A DNA stretch of 64,000 nt from an uncultured Candidatus Saccharibacteria bacterium (GTDB lineage Bacteria; Patescibacteriota; Saccharimonadia; Saccharimonadales; UBA4665), in contig CAZKNP010000002.1 in NCBI GenBank assembly GCA_964554245.1, positions 9,894-73,893 of the forward strand, read 5' to 3'. Below are positions 36,626-46,106 of this stretch, in pieces. Position numbers and translations under genes: made by a program. The notes under the pieces were generated by a model, which was not told the DNA's origin, searched no databases, and was given only the letters and a program-made list of their open reading frames with translations. The first letter of the stretch is position 1; every line of letters starts with the position of its first letter.

Positions 36626-37117
36626 ATGATCTGGATATTTCTAGGGGTTATATTTTTGATGTTTGGGTTGGTAGTGTTCGTCGGTGCTCCGTATCTACCT
36701 GCGCTTAAGCATCAAATAGAAACAGGATTGGATTTGTTAGATCTTCAGCCGGGCCAAACAATGATTGATCTTGGCTGCGGGGACGGGAAGGTCCTAGTGG
36801 CAGCCGCTCGTCGAGGATACAGGGTAGTTGGAGTTGAGCTAAATCCAGTTCTAGCCCTAGTAGCTCGTATTAGAACCTGGCGTTATCGCCGATTAGTGTC
36901 GGTCAGGTGTGCTGATTTTTGGCACAGTAAATTACCTGTTAGTGATGGGGTTTTTGTGTTCTTAATTCCGCGTTTAATGCCAAAGCTGGATCAGCTCATG
37001 AAAAGACGGGGTGGCAAATTGGTTAGTGTTGCTTTTAGGATTCCGGGCAGTAAGCCTGTTAAAGAACGAAACGATGTGTTTCTATACGAATACGAAAAGC
37101 TTGCTTCTAGGGAGTAA
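36626..37117 (+). CDS. Class I SAM-dependent methyltransferase with N-terminal TM
   Basis: Motif I MIDLGCGDGKV, then VVGVELNP. Confidence 0.72.
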   Translation: MIWIFLGVIFLMFGLVVFVGAPYLPALKHQIETGLDLLDLQPGQTMIDLGCGDGKVLVAAARRGYRVVGVELNPVLALVARIRTWRYRRLVSVRCADFWHSKLPVSDGVFVFLIPRLMPKLDQLMKRRGGKLVSVAFRIPGSKPVKERNDVFLYEYEKLASRE

Positions 37118-37137
37118 ATTGAGGTAACATAAGCGAT

Positions 37138-37806
37138 ATGATGAATGAAAAACAGCGGGGCGGCGTGGGTGTAATTGTAGCAATTTCACTTTTGGCTGTC
37201 TGTCTAGTCGGTGTGTCGGTATTGGCTTTTTTGTCATACCAACAGGCTCAAGATTATAAAAACAATGTTAATCAAAAAATCACAGCAGCTGTTACGGAAA
37301 ACACCAAGGCCGTTAAGGCCGAAGAGGCTAGGGCTTATGCCGAGGAATCTCAGTTTCCGCTGAAGCCATTTTTGGGCCCTGACACATATGGCTCGGTAAA
37401 AGTTATGTATCCCAAGGTTTGGAGCGGTTATCTAAATTCTAATAATAGCAACACACCGGTTGATTTCTACGCTCATCCTGACATCGTGCCTTCGCCAGTA
37501 GGCTCTAGCAATAATGCGCCAAGCTTAGCGCTTCATATAGAGGTGATTAATCAAGTGTACAGTACGGTTATTAGGCAGTACGAACCTTTGCAAAAGCAGA
37601 ATAAAGTTACAGTAAAACCATACTCGCTAGCAAAAAGTCCGACAATTGTCGGGGCTAGGGTTGACGGGCAACTGACCCAGCAGAAAAAAGGTTCTGTCGT
37701 GCTTATGCCTATGCGCGACAAGACTCTGCGCATTACCACCGAATCGGAATCATACGCAAAGCAATTTAACGAAATTATTTTGCCGAACATAGAGTTTGTT
37801 CCCTAA
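37138..37806 (+). CDS. Hypothetical membrane-anchored protein
   Basis: Single N-terminal TM (GVIVAISLLAVCLVGVSVLAFL) plus an extracytoplasmic domain. No family recognised. Confidence 0.5.
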   Translation: MMNEKQRGGVGVIVAISLLAVCLVGVSVLAFLSYQQAQDYKNNVNQKITAAVTENTKAVKAEEARAYAEESQFPLKPFLGPDTYGSVKVMYPKVWSGYLNSNNSNTPVDFYAHPDIVPSPVGSSNNAPSLALHIEVINQVYSTVIRQYEPLQKQNKVTVKPYSLAKSPTIVGARVDGQLTQQKKGSVVLMPMRDKTLRITTESESYAKQFNEIILPNIEFVP

Positions 37807-37826
37807 CATTTCACAACGTTTAGCTG

Positions 37827-38591
37827 GTGGTCGGTCTATCCGGTTTGGTCTATACTCAGTTGTATAACGAGTCGGAGGGTCGCTTGAATAAACGAGACGA
37901 TGTAGCTGGGCATAGTGAGGATGTGAAGCTGTTTTTGAGTGTCTCGGAGCAGTTGGGTGCGGTTTTTGCGCAGATCGCTAGTCTGGCGGAATCGGGCGAG
38001 TCGCATCTTGGGGTTATCCGTGATGTTTCGCAGTCGGCAGCGCTGTTAAGTGATGCCTACATGCATAATCTCCGCCTCAAGGAGCATCTTGTCTTTCCGG
38101 AGGTTCAGCCGGTATCTGTCGGTGCGCTCATCTACGATATAGCCGCCACCCTAGATCCGCTTGCAAGGCAGTATGGGGTTAAGATTGACGTAGTTGATTC
38201 TCCGCGTCTTTTGCCCGTTGCGAGTGACCGTGTGATTGTCGAGTCGGCCCTGACTATGCTTGGTCAGGTGATGGTGTTAGCGAGGTCGCAAAATGCGGAT
38301 AGCGACGAGGTGAGTCTGCGCCTGGCGGCAAAGCGAACTCGTTCTGGCGTTTCGACCGGATTCTACTGGGAGGGCTTGGAGTTGTCTGCACCGGCACTGC
38401 GGCGAGCTTGTTCATTTGGCGGCAAGTCTTCTCAGTCGTTCGGCGAACTCCTCGGTGGTCCTTCTGCCGGCATTGTTCTTGCTAACACTCTGCTAGGCCG
38501 GGTGTCGTCATCGCTCAAAGTTTCGCGGCACAACAAGCAAACAGGCTTATCGGCTAGTTTGCCGCTTTGCGATCAATTGAGGATGGTTTAG
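37827..38591 (+). CDS. Degenerate soluble histidine-kinase-like protein
   Basis: H-box-like GHSEDVKLFLSVSEQL. The C-terminal GGPSAGIVLANTLLGRVSSSLKVSRHNKQTGLSASLPL resembles the G2 box and lid. The N box and G1 box are not recognisable. GTG start. Confidence 0.5.
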   Translation: MVGLSGLVYTQLYNESEGRLNKRDDVAGHSEDVKLFLSVSEQLGAVFAQIASLAESGESHLGVIRDVSQSAALLSDAYMHNLRLKEHLVFPEVQPVSVGALIYDIAATLDPLARQYGVKIDVVDSPRLLPVASDRVIVESALTMLGQVMVLARSQNADSDEVSLRLAAKRTRSGVSTGFYWEGLELSAPALRRACSFGGKSSQSFGELLGGPSAGIVLANTLLGRVSSSLKVSRHNKQTGLSASLPLCDQLRMV

Positions 38592-38597
38592 TGTTTT

Positions 38598-38978
38598 ATG
38601 CACGTACTTCTTGTTGAGCCTGACATTATTTCCGCCAAGGCATACAAGGCGCAGATTGAGTCTGCTGGGCATTCGGTTGATCATGCTAAGTCTGCTCAGT
38701 CGGCAATTCGCTCGGCTGATAAAAAAAGACCAGATGTAGTTGTCCTGGAGGTTAACATTGCGCGTCATAATGGCATTGAATTTTTGTATGAATTTTGTAG
38801 CTACACAGAATGGCAATCTATACCAGTCGTAGTGCTTACGGCCCGGGCATCGAGGTTTGATAAATACCAAGTGCTGAAAGATCATTTGAGCGTAGCAGAG
38901 TTATGCGATAAAGCTCAGGCTGATAGTCGTAGGCTGGTAGAGGTCATCAGTAGTTATGCGGAGAAGCCGAGTGAATAG
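38598..38978 (+). CDS. Pseudo-receiver domain protein (Glu at the phospho-acceptor position)
   Basis: CheY-like fold pattern, but VEPD replaces the acidic pair and VVVLEVNI has E where the phosphorylatable D is expected. The conserved T (VLTA) is retained. Confidence 0.65.
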   Translation: MHVLLVEPDIISAKAYKAQIESAGHSVDHAKSAQSAIRSADKKRPDVVVLEVNIARHNGIEFLYEFCSYTEWQSIPVVVLTARASRFDKYQVLKDHLSVAELCDKAQADSRRLVEVISSYAEKPSE

Positions 38979-39675
38979 GGGCGACTCTGTCCGTACGGAT
39001 GGTATTGTTATTTCCCGAGTTAACTACGGGGAGGCTGATCGGATAATTACGTTCATGACCAAAGACCACGGCAAAGTCGCGGTTATGGCCAGAGGGGTGC
39101 GCCGTGTTAAAAGTAAGCTCGCGGGAGCTGTAGAATTATTCAGCGTGTCAGAGATTGTTTATAGCCCGGGCAGGGGCAAGATGTCTACGTTGATTTCTGC
39201 GCGACTAAAGACACATTACGGGGCGATTGTTCAAGATGTGAATCGAACACTTTTTGGGTACGATATATTAAAAATAATTCATAAAAATACCGAAGATGGT
39301 GCAGGCGAAGAATATTATTCAGTACTCGAGCAGACACTTCGGGCGTTGAATATTCAATATATTTCTTTACAAGTTGTGAGGGCTTGGGCGATGGCCGGTC
39401 TGCTGCGTGAGGCGGGGCATATGCCAAGTCTTGATAGCGATACGAATGGAAATAAATTCAAAACAGACAATAATTATCGCTTTGATTTTGAGCGGGTTGG
39501 ATTTGCGCCGCACGATGCGGGCGACTTGTCGGGCAATCATATAAAAGTGTTCAAGTTAATCTTCGCTGGCACGTCGCCGGAAGTAATTAATCATGTTTCA
39601 GACATCGAAAAGTATATCGGTATAGTTGATTCGATTATCACCCAACTGGCGCAGACTTATTTTGATACACGCTGA
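38956..39675 (+). CDS. recO: DNA repair protein RecO
   Basis: DGIVISRVNYGEADRIITFMTKDHGKVAVMARGVRR OB-fold N-terminus. The start may be GTG 38971. Confidence 0.85.
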   Translation: MRRSRVNRGDSVRTDGIVISRVNYGEADRIITFMTKDHGKVAVMARGVRRVKSKLAGAVELFSVSEIVYSPGRGKMSTLISARLKTHYGAIVQDVNRTLFGYDILKIIHKNTEDGAGEEYYSVLEQTLRALNIQYISLQVVRAWAMAGLLREAGHMPSLDSDTNGNKFKTDNNYRFDFERVGFAPHDAGDLSGNHIKVFKLIFAGTSPEVINHVSDIEKYIGIVDSIITQLAQTYFDTR

Positions 39676-39728
39676 TGAACGATTTTCAGGGGTGGCTATA
39701 TCGGTAGCGACAAAGTATAATAGCAGGC

Positions 39729-41102
39729 ATGAAAACCGAAGATACACCTGTAAAGTTAGAAGATATTATTAGTCTGGCTAAACGTCGAGGCTTTGTTTAC
39801 CAAGGCTCAGAGATTTACGGCGGTGAAGCAGGGTTATATGATTTTGGTCCATATGGCGTAGAGCTATTGAATAACATTAAGCGTTCGTGGTGGCGCCGCA
39901 ATGTCTACGCTAAAGAAAACTATGTCGGTATAGATAGCGCTATGTTCAAGAATCCACGCGTTTGGGAAGCGTCTGGGCACACCAGTGGCTTCTCTGATCC
40001 ACTTGCCGAGTGCAAGGAGTGTCATACCCGCATTCGGGTCGATAAGGAATTGGGTGCGGTTGGTGTAGTCGCCGATGAGAAAATGTCAGAAGAGGAGCTG
40101 GGAAAGCTTCTTGACGATAATCGCAGTAATATTAAGTGCCCGACCTGCGGCAAACAAAACTTTACCGAGGTTAAGAAATTCAATCTGCTTGTTCAGTCGA
40201 ACCTGGGAGATTTTACTGGAGAGGGTGAACGCCCGGTCTATCTGCCTGGTGAAGCTTGTCAGGGAATTTACTTAAACTTTAAAAATATCGTTGATACTAC
40301 CCGCATGAAAGTGCCGTTCGGTGTGGCGCAGATTGGTAAGGCCTTTCGCAATGAAATTAGTCCACGCAATTTCTTGTTTAGGACCCGTGAGTTTGAGCAA
40401 GCTGACACACAGTATTTTATTCGCCCAAACGAGAACAAAGAAGCCTACGAAGCAATTAAGCAGGATCGGTTTGATTGGTATGTGAGTGATTTGGGATTGG
40501 ATTCCAAAAAACTTCGTTGGAGTCAGCACCAGAACTTGGTGTTTTACGCCAAAGACGCCTGGGATATTGAGTATGATTATCCAGGGCTAGGTTTTGATGA
40601 GGTTGAAGGCATTCATGATCGATCAGATTATGATTTGTCGCAGCATTCTAAGTTCTCGGGCACTAATCTTGAATACCGCGATCCAGTCACAAATGAAACT
40701 TACATCCCCTGGGTGCTTGAAACTTCAATGGGCATGGGGCGAGTATTTATGGCGGTACTAAGCGATGCTTACACAGTCGAGCAGACCGAGTCTGGCGACG
40801 CGCGTACGGTCCTGAAGCTTAAGCCAGAGTTGGCGCCAGTGCGCTATGCGGTTTTCCCGCTACTAAAAAACAAGCCAGAGTTAGTCGAAAAAGCTAGGGC
40901 GGTTTACAAGCAGCTTTCTGAGAAATATCCATGCGAATGGGACGATAACGGTAATATTGGCAAGCGCTATCGTCGACAAGATGAAATTGGCACGCCGGAG
41001 TGTGTCGTAATTGATTTCGAAACACTAGAAGACGGCACGGTAACGGTGCGTGACCGCGATACGACCGAACAGCGTCGAGTAAAAATCGAAGAGCTGATAT
41101 AG
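39729..41102 (+). CDS. glyQS: Glycyl-tRNA synthetase, dimeric alpha2 type
   Basis: RRGFVYQGSEIYGG, FRNEISPRNFLFRTREFEQ motif 2, C-terminal anticodon-binding domain. Confidence 0.95.
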   Translation: MKTEDTPVKLEDIISLAKRRGFVYQGSEIYGGEAGLYDFGPYGVELLNNIKRSWWRRNVYAKENYVGIDSAMFKNPRVWEASGHTSGFSDPLAECKECHTRIRVDKELGAVGVVADEKMSEEELGKLLDDNRSNIKCPTCGKQNFTEVKKFNLLVQSNLGDFTGEGERPVYLPGEACQGIYLNFKNIVDTTRMKVPFGVAQIGKAFRNEISPRNFLFRTREFEQADTQYFIRPNENKEAYEAIKQDRFDWYVSDLGLDSKKLRWSQHQNLVFYAKDAWDIEYDYPGLGFDEVEGIHDRSDYDLSQHSKFSGTNLEYRDPVTNETYIPWVLETSMGMGRVFMAVLSDAYTVEQTESGDARTVLKLKPELAPVRYAVFPLLKNKPELVEKARAVYKQLSEKYPCEWDDNGNIGKRYRRQDEIGTPECVVIDFETLEDGTVTVRDRDTTEQRRVKIEELI

Positions 41103-41153
41103 ACCATTATTAAATACTGATCAATTACGATAAAACAAGAGTGCTAACGGAGT

Positions 41154-41963
41154 TTAATTCTTGTAGTGCCCAAGCAGGGTGACCGTACTGCCTTGGGCTT
41201 CGAGAGAGGCTACTAAGACCGGCAGTTGATCCTCAGTAACCATAGTTTCAATAATAAACTGATAGCGGAACGGCTGTCCTCTTACCGGCCTAGATTCAAG
41301 TTTGGTTAGGTTACAGCCTAGCTCGGCAAATACGCCAAGGGCGTCATGCAGGGCGCCGGGCTGATGCGGAGTGGCGATAATCAATGAAGCTTTATCCGGA
41401 TGGTCAACCGACATAGACGAGTGACTTAACAGGATGAATCGGGTGACATTGTCCGGTTCATCTTCTATGTCGGTAGCAATAATCTGCAGGCCATGTAATT
41501 GGCTGGCGTGCTCGGAGCCAATGGCAGCTTGGTTATTTTCGCCCGACAATGCTACTAATTCGATAGCTCCGGCCGTGTCTTCATGTTCGATAATGTTTGC
41601 ATTTGGCAGGTGTTTTTGCAGATAGCCTCGACATTGATCAAGTGCGGCTGGATGTGAATAAACTTCGGTAATATCTTTAAACTTAGCGCCAGGGTTGACG
41701 GCTAGTTGTTGGTGGATTTTAAGTGTAATTTCACCAACGACGGGGAAGTTGCGGCGCAGCAACTGGTCGTATGTTTCGTGAATTGATCCGTAGAGTGAAT
41801 TTTCGACCGCAACCACTCCGTAATCGACTTGACCGCTTGCTAGCTTATCGAAAACAGCCGTAAATGATGGGCAATTAATGACAGTAAGCTGCTTGCCGGG
41901 CAATAGCTTTTTTGCGGCTTCATCATGGAACGAGCCGGCCTGTCCTTGAATTGCGACTTTCAT
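41154..41963 (-). CDS. pheA: Prephenate dehydratase with ACT domain
   Basis: MKVAIQGQAGSFHDEAA start, PDT core, ACT region with the ESRP motif (TKLESRPVRG). The track N-terminal extension to 42083 is discounted. Confidence 0.88.
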   Translation of the reverse strand: MKVAIQGQAGSFHDEAAKKLLPGKQLTVINCPSFTAVFDKLASGQVDYGVVAVENSLYGSIHETYDQLLRRNFPVVGEITLKIHQQLAVNPGAKFKDITEVYSHPAALDQCRGYLQKHLPNANIIEHEDTAGAIELVALSGENNQAAIGSEHASQLHGLQIIATDIEDEPDNVTRFILLSHSSMSVDHPDKASLIIATPHQPGALHDALGVFAELGCNLTKLESRPVRGQPFRYQFIIETMVTEDQLPVLVASLEAQGSTVTLLGHYKN

Positions 41964-42028
41964 ACCGCGTGCTATCTTAGCATGTATAAAGTATTGAAGT
42001 ACATATTGCGCCGGAGTATACTCTGCGC

Positions 42029-42580
42029 ATGCTTGATGTTGATTTGATGTTACGATCCGAACCAAGACATTCGCTTGAGACATATATTAAGGAATTCAGA
42101 ACCTTGATAGACGAGGAACTGACTGATGCAAAAGAAAATAGCCCAATTGGAGACATTATCGACTACGCACTGTTTGATGGGCGTGAATTATTCGCCTGCG
42201 AAGCGATGGCTCAAGTTTTAGGGTGTGACTCCGGTGATGAGCACAGGGCAGTCGTTCGGGGCATTTTGTTCGGTCGGCAGGTTTCAGGTTGTGTTTATGG
42301 CCAGAATGCACCAGGCGTTCTGCCGAATATAGATGTATCCGACAGTGTTATTGATTTACGAGATAAGCTTAAAGAGGAGGCAGGGCAGTATCTGGGCGCT
42401 AGGCCGGCAACAGACGCCCTAATTGGTTATTACATTGAAGATATTGCACCGTTTTCTAAATTCCACCACAGGGCGGAAGAGGCTGTAGCAACCATGATGT
42501 TGGTGGCGGAGCGTGGCGACATCCAGCGCACCACAACAAGAAGTCTAGATGCGGAAATAGCGAAAATATTAGATTTATAA
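42029..42580 (+). CDS. Hypothetical protein
   Basis: ORF divergent from pheA. No family recognised. Start uncertain. Confidence 0.4.
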   Translation: MLDVDLMLRSEPRHSLETYIKEFRTLIDEELTDAKENSPIGDIIDYALFDGRELFACEAMAQVLGCDSGDEHRAVVRGILFGRQVSGCVYGQNAPGVLPNIDVSDSVIDLRDKLKEEAGQYLGARPATDALIGYYIEDIAPFSKFHHRAEEAVATMMLVAERGDIQRTTTRSLDAEIAKILDL

Positions 42581-42646
42581 TCGGTAGCTCTCAAGATTTT
42601 CTGCTAGACTATAAGTTGGAACTAGCTAATTTTTTGGAGGTCACAA

Positions 42647-45358
42647 ATGAACAAGCGTCAAATGGGTAAAATGAGCATGCTTCAGAAAATGACGCTTTTT
42701 TTCTTTGATCACAAACTCTTCACGACATTTCTAGCGGTAGCTTTAGTTATTTTTGGCTCGCTTGCCTATGCGGTGTTACTGAAGCGTGAAGGCTTCCCGG
42801 CTATGAATATTCCTTTTGCGACCAGCCAAATTATGTACGCACCAATGGATCCTGCTCGGGCGGACTCTGAGATTGCGAAGCCGATGAGTGAGTATATTCT
42901 CAAGCAAGACGGCGTGAAGACTGTTTCATCCCAGGCTAGCGCAAATTTCACAGCGCTGGCGATTGAATATACCGACGGTACAAATTCTGAATCGCGTACA
43001 GCTGACATTAAGCGTAGGCTTGAGAGTGAAGGTTTAATTCCTAAGAACGTTAAGTTTGACATGAAACCGGCAAGTGTAGGCTGGACCGAGGAGGGCGATG
43101 ATATGGTGTTGTCGCTGCACAACCTCAAGCAGCCGGATAGGCCGACATTAGATTTGATCGCTGAGGCAAAAGATGCGGCTAAGTTTATTGAAGACAAAAA
43201 ACTACCATTAGTTGAAAAAACTAGCATTATAAACCCTGTTCAAGAAGCGCAGATCCCGACTGGTGAAACCATTACGACTCAAACAAAATTTGAGCGGTAC
43301 GGCGAGCGGCGCAATGGTAAGACGGTTTTTTATAGTGCCGTAGCGCTAGGGGTTAAGGGTGTAGATGGTAGTGATAAGCTCGATCTAGACAAGCAAATCG
43401 AAGAAGCGGTTAACTCATACAATCAAGCAAATAAAGACTCTGGCTATAGTTTGGCGATTAGTGCAAGTAATGCACCGATGATCAATGAGCAGATTAGCGA
43501 GCTGCAAAAAACGTTACTCGAAGGACTTTTGGCGGTGTTGATTGTGGGTTCGATTGTCATCACTTTCCGCTCATCATTAATCACCGTGTTATCGATGTTC
43601 TTCATTATTTTTGTTACATTTGCGGTGCTTTATATTTTCGACTACACAATGAATACCATCGTCTTATTCTCGCTCATTTTGGCACTGGCCTTGATTGTCG
43701 ATGATACGATTATTATGACGGAAGCGATCGACAAAGAGCGTCGACGACAAAAGGACAAGCGGAGGGTTGTTTCTATGGCCGTGCGCCGAGTGGCTCGGGC
43801 GATGATTGCGGCCACTGTGACGGCGGCCTTGTGTTTTGCGCCGTTACTGTTCGTTGGCGGTGTGATCGGCGAGTTTGTTGTGGCGGTGCCGGTAACTATC
43901 ATTACCGCCTTGCTGGTCAGTTTGCTGGCTTCTTTGATCATTATTCCACTGTTGGCGCGCTATATTATGCTTTCGCCGAAACAGATGGCAGTCAAAAAAG
44001 ATAGTGCCTCGCTCAAGGTCGAGCGGGCGATTGCTAAGTTCATATCGCAGCCGATGCTCTGGTCTAGAAACTCTCGGAATAGACAAGTTGTAGCCGGCTT
44101 AATAGCTTTAGTTATTAGCGGTGTGTTCATTGCCGGTGGCGTTAGCTTTTTTAAGCACGTTCCATTTAATATATTCCCGCCAACAAAAGACGCTAATGAG
44201 CTGGCCGTTACCCTAACATTTCCGCGCGGTACCACTATAGAGCAGGCTGAGGCTACGACAGATCGTGCCACTGACCGAATAGCATCAGTTATAGGCGAAG
44301 ATTTCGTGAAGGCAGCAAATTATGGTATGGCAAACAGTACATCAGCTTGGTTTGAGGTATATCTGACGCCCTACGGCAAGCGTGGGCCAACAGCGCACGA
44401 ATATGTAGGTAAATTAGAGAAGAGTTTTTCTGATTTCGAAGGGGCTACCTTGTCGGCTAGGACGATCGATATTGGACCACCACCGGCCAGTTTTGAGGCT
44501 CGAGTGAAGACAGGCGACACGGAAAAGAGTAGGGCGGACGCAAAGAAGTTGGCTGATGATATAGCCGCATTCTTGGGTTCCTCAGACATAATGCGTGCCG
44601 ATGGCAGCCAGGTTAAATTCGATAGAATATCTACACAGGATCTAAGCGTGTTTGTGCGGTCTAATGCAGAGGCTTACGTGTCGGTTGTAGCGAATTTTGA
44701 GTCCGATGACACATCGGAGTTAGTAAATGTTACTAAGGCGGCCGTGGAGAAAGAGTTTGACAGCTCTAAGCTTAAAAATTACGGCTTAGACGAAGATGCG
44801 TTGACGTTCAGTTTTGGTATGGAAGAGGGTAATCAGGATAGTTTTAGGGCGCTACTGTTAGCGCTGCCTGTTTTGTTGTTGGTTATTTATTTTGTGCTTG
44901 CAGTCGAGTTCCGGGGCTTCTTGCAACCACTATTGATATTTATGGCAATTCCATTTAGCTTCTTCGGGATTACTCTCGGGTTGTATCTGACTGACAATGC
45001 CTTCAGTTTCTTTGCTATGCTTGGATTCTTTGCGCTAGTGGGGCTCAGTATCAAGAATACGATTCTTTTGACCGACTATGCTAATCAGGCGAGGGCAGAG
45101 GGTAAACACCCGATTGACGCTATTCACGATGCTTTAGCAGAGCGCTTTAGACCACTCATTGCTACCAGTCTAACGGCGGTTGTTTCGTTGGTGCCTTTAG
45201 CGATCACCAGTCCATTCTGGCAGGGGCTGTCGGTAGTTCTAATCGGCGGATTACTATCTAGCACACTGTTGGTGATAACGGTTTTCCCGTACTACTATCT
45301 TGCCGGTGAATATCTGAGGTCGGTGCCTGGACGTATTGCTCGACGCGTGCGTAAATAA
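42647..45358 (+). CDS. RND-superfamily efflux/export permease (AcrB-like, 903 aa)
   Basis: Duplicated layout of TM1, large loop, then 5 TM. FFALVGLSIKNTILLTDYA resembles the AcrB-family GLxxKNAIL motif. GGAGG SD. No adjacent adaptor or outer-membrane gene. Confidence 0.82.
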   Translation: MNKRQMGKMSMLQKMTLFFFDHKLFTTFLAVALVIFGSLAYAVLLKREGFPAMNIPFATSQIMYAPMDPARADSEIAKPMSEYILKQDGVKTVSSQASANFTALAIEYTDGTNSESRTADIKRRLESEGLIPKNVKFDMKPASVGWTEEGDDMVLSLHNLKQPDRPTLDLIAEAKDAAKFIEDKKLPLVEKTSIINPVQEAQIPTGETITTQTKFERYGERRNGKTVFYSAVALGVKGVDGSDKLDLDKQIEEAVNSYNQANKDSGYSLAISASNAPMINEQISELQKTLLEGLLAVLIVGSIVITFRSSLITVLSMFFIIFVTFAVLYIFDYTMNTIVLFSLILALALIVDDTIIMTEAIDKERRRQKDKRRVVSMAVRRVARAMIAATVTAALCFAPLLFVGGVIGEFVVAVPVTIITALLVSLLASLIIIPLLARYIMLSPKQMAVKKDSASLKVERAIAKFISQPMLWSRNSRNRQVVAGLIALVISGVFIAGGVSFFKHVPFNIFPPTKDANELAVTLTFPRGTTIEQAEATTDRATDRIASVIGEDFVKAANYGMANSTSAWFEVYLTPYGKRGPTAHEYVGKLEKSFSDFEGATLSARTIDIGPPPASFEARVKTGDTEKSRADAKKLADDIAAFLGSSDIMRADGSQVKFDRISTQDLSVFVRSNAEAYVSVVANFESDDTSELVNVTKAAVEKEFDSSKLKNYGLDEDALTFSFGMEEGNQDSFRALLLALPVLLLVIYFVLAVEFRGFLQPLLIFMAIPFSFFGITLGLYLTDNAFSFFAMLGFFALVGLSIKNTILLTDYANQARAEGKHPIDAIHDALAERFRPLIATSLTAVVSLVPLAITSPFWQGLSVVLIGGLLSSTLLVITVFPYYYLAGEYLRSVPGRIARRVRK

Positions 45359-45417
45359 GCTATATACACAAAGGCTATAGAAAATGTGATTCTGCATACA
45401 TTTTTTATGGCTGGCTG

Positions 45418-45426
45418 TGGTAATCT
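45418..45426 (+). promoter_or_regulatory. Extended -10 promoter
   Basis: TGgTAATCT, followed by AAGGAGG SD and ATG 45456. Confidence 0.4.
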
Positions 45427-45455
45427 GATGGTATATCGCTAATAAGGAGGAAACG

Positions 45456-46091
45456 ATGTCGGAGCATAAACGTAAAGAGGCCGCCAAAAAGACGGTTGAT
45501 GTTTCGGATATTAACGAAGGTGATGCCAAGGTTTTGGCTGAGAGGTACCGCAACGCACATCCAGGTTTTTTCCTGAGGGCAGCAATTTTCATTCTGTCAC
45601 GCACTCCGTTCACTAAGCATCGTTATCAAAACTGGTCACCGACCAAGCGCATTATTATTGGTTGGTTATTGTGGCTAGTGACTTTGCCGATTATCCCAAT
45701 TGCCGCCATGATCCTTTGGTACAACCATGACCCTGAGGGCTTTAAGAAAAGCCCGTGGGCCAAGGCTTTGGTCGCGCTTGCGATCGCTTGGGCAGGTTAT
45801 GCTGGTGTTGTTGTGACCAATCCATCACAGGCAGATATTAATGGTAAATATTCTCCTGTACAAACCGCTCCAAACGGTGAGGTTAATGGAAAGATAGACG
45901 CCACTAATACCGCCTCAGAAGAGGCTAAGCAGAAGATTGCTAGTCAGAAAGAAAGCAAAGATTCGAATGGCCGATACTTCAAGAATTGTACTGAAGCTTT
46001 TGATGCAGGAGTATTCAATATTAAGAGGTCTAACGATTCCTATCGTCCAGCTCTTGACCGCGATAGCGACGGTATAGCTTGCGAAAAATAA
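45456..46091 (+). CDS. Membrane protein with C-terminal Excalibur calcium-binding domain
   Basis: YFKNCTEAFDAGV...LDRDSDGIACE matches the Excalibur DxDxDGxxCE signature. Two TM segments upstream. Confidence 0.7.
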   Translation: MSEHKRKEAAKKTVDVSDINEGDAKVLAERYRNAHPGFFLRAAIFILSRTPFTKHRYQNWSPTKRIIIGWLLWLVTLPIIPIAAMILWYNHDPEGFKKSPWAKALVALAIAWAGYAGVVVTNPSQADINGKYSPVQTAPNGEVNGKIDATNTASEEAKQKIASQKESKDSNGRYFKNCTEAFDAGVFNIKRSNDSYRPALDRDSDGIACEK

Positions 46092-46106
46092 CTAAGGAGG
46101 GCGAAT

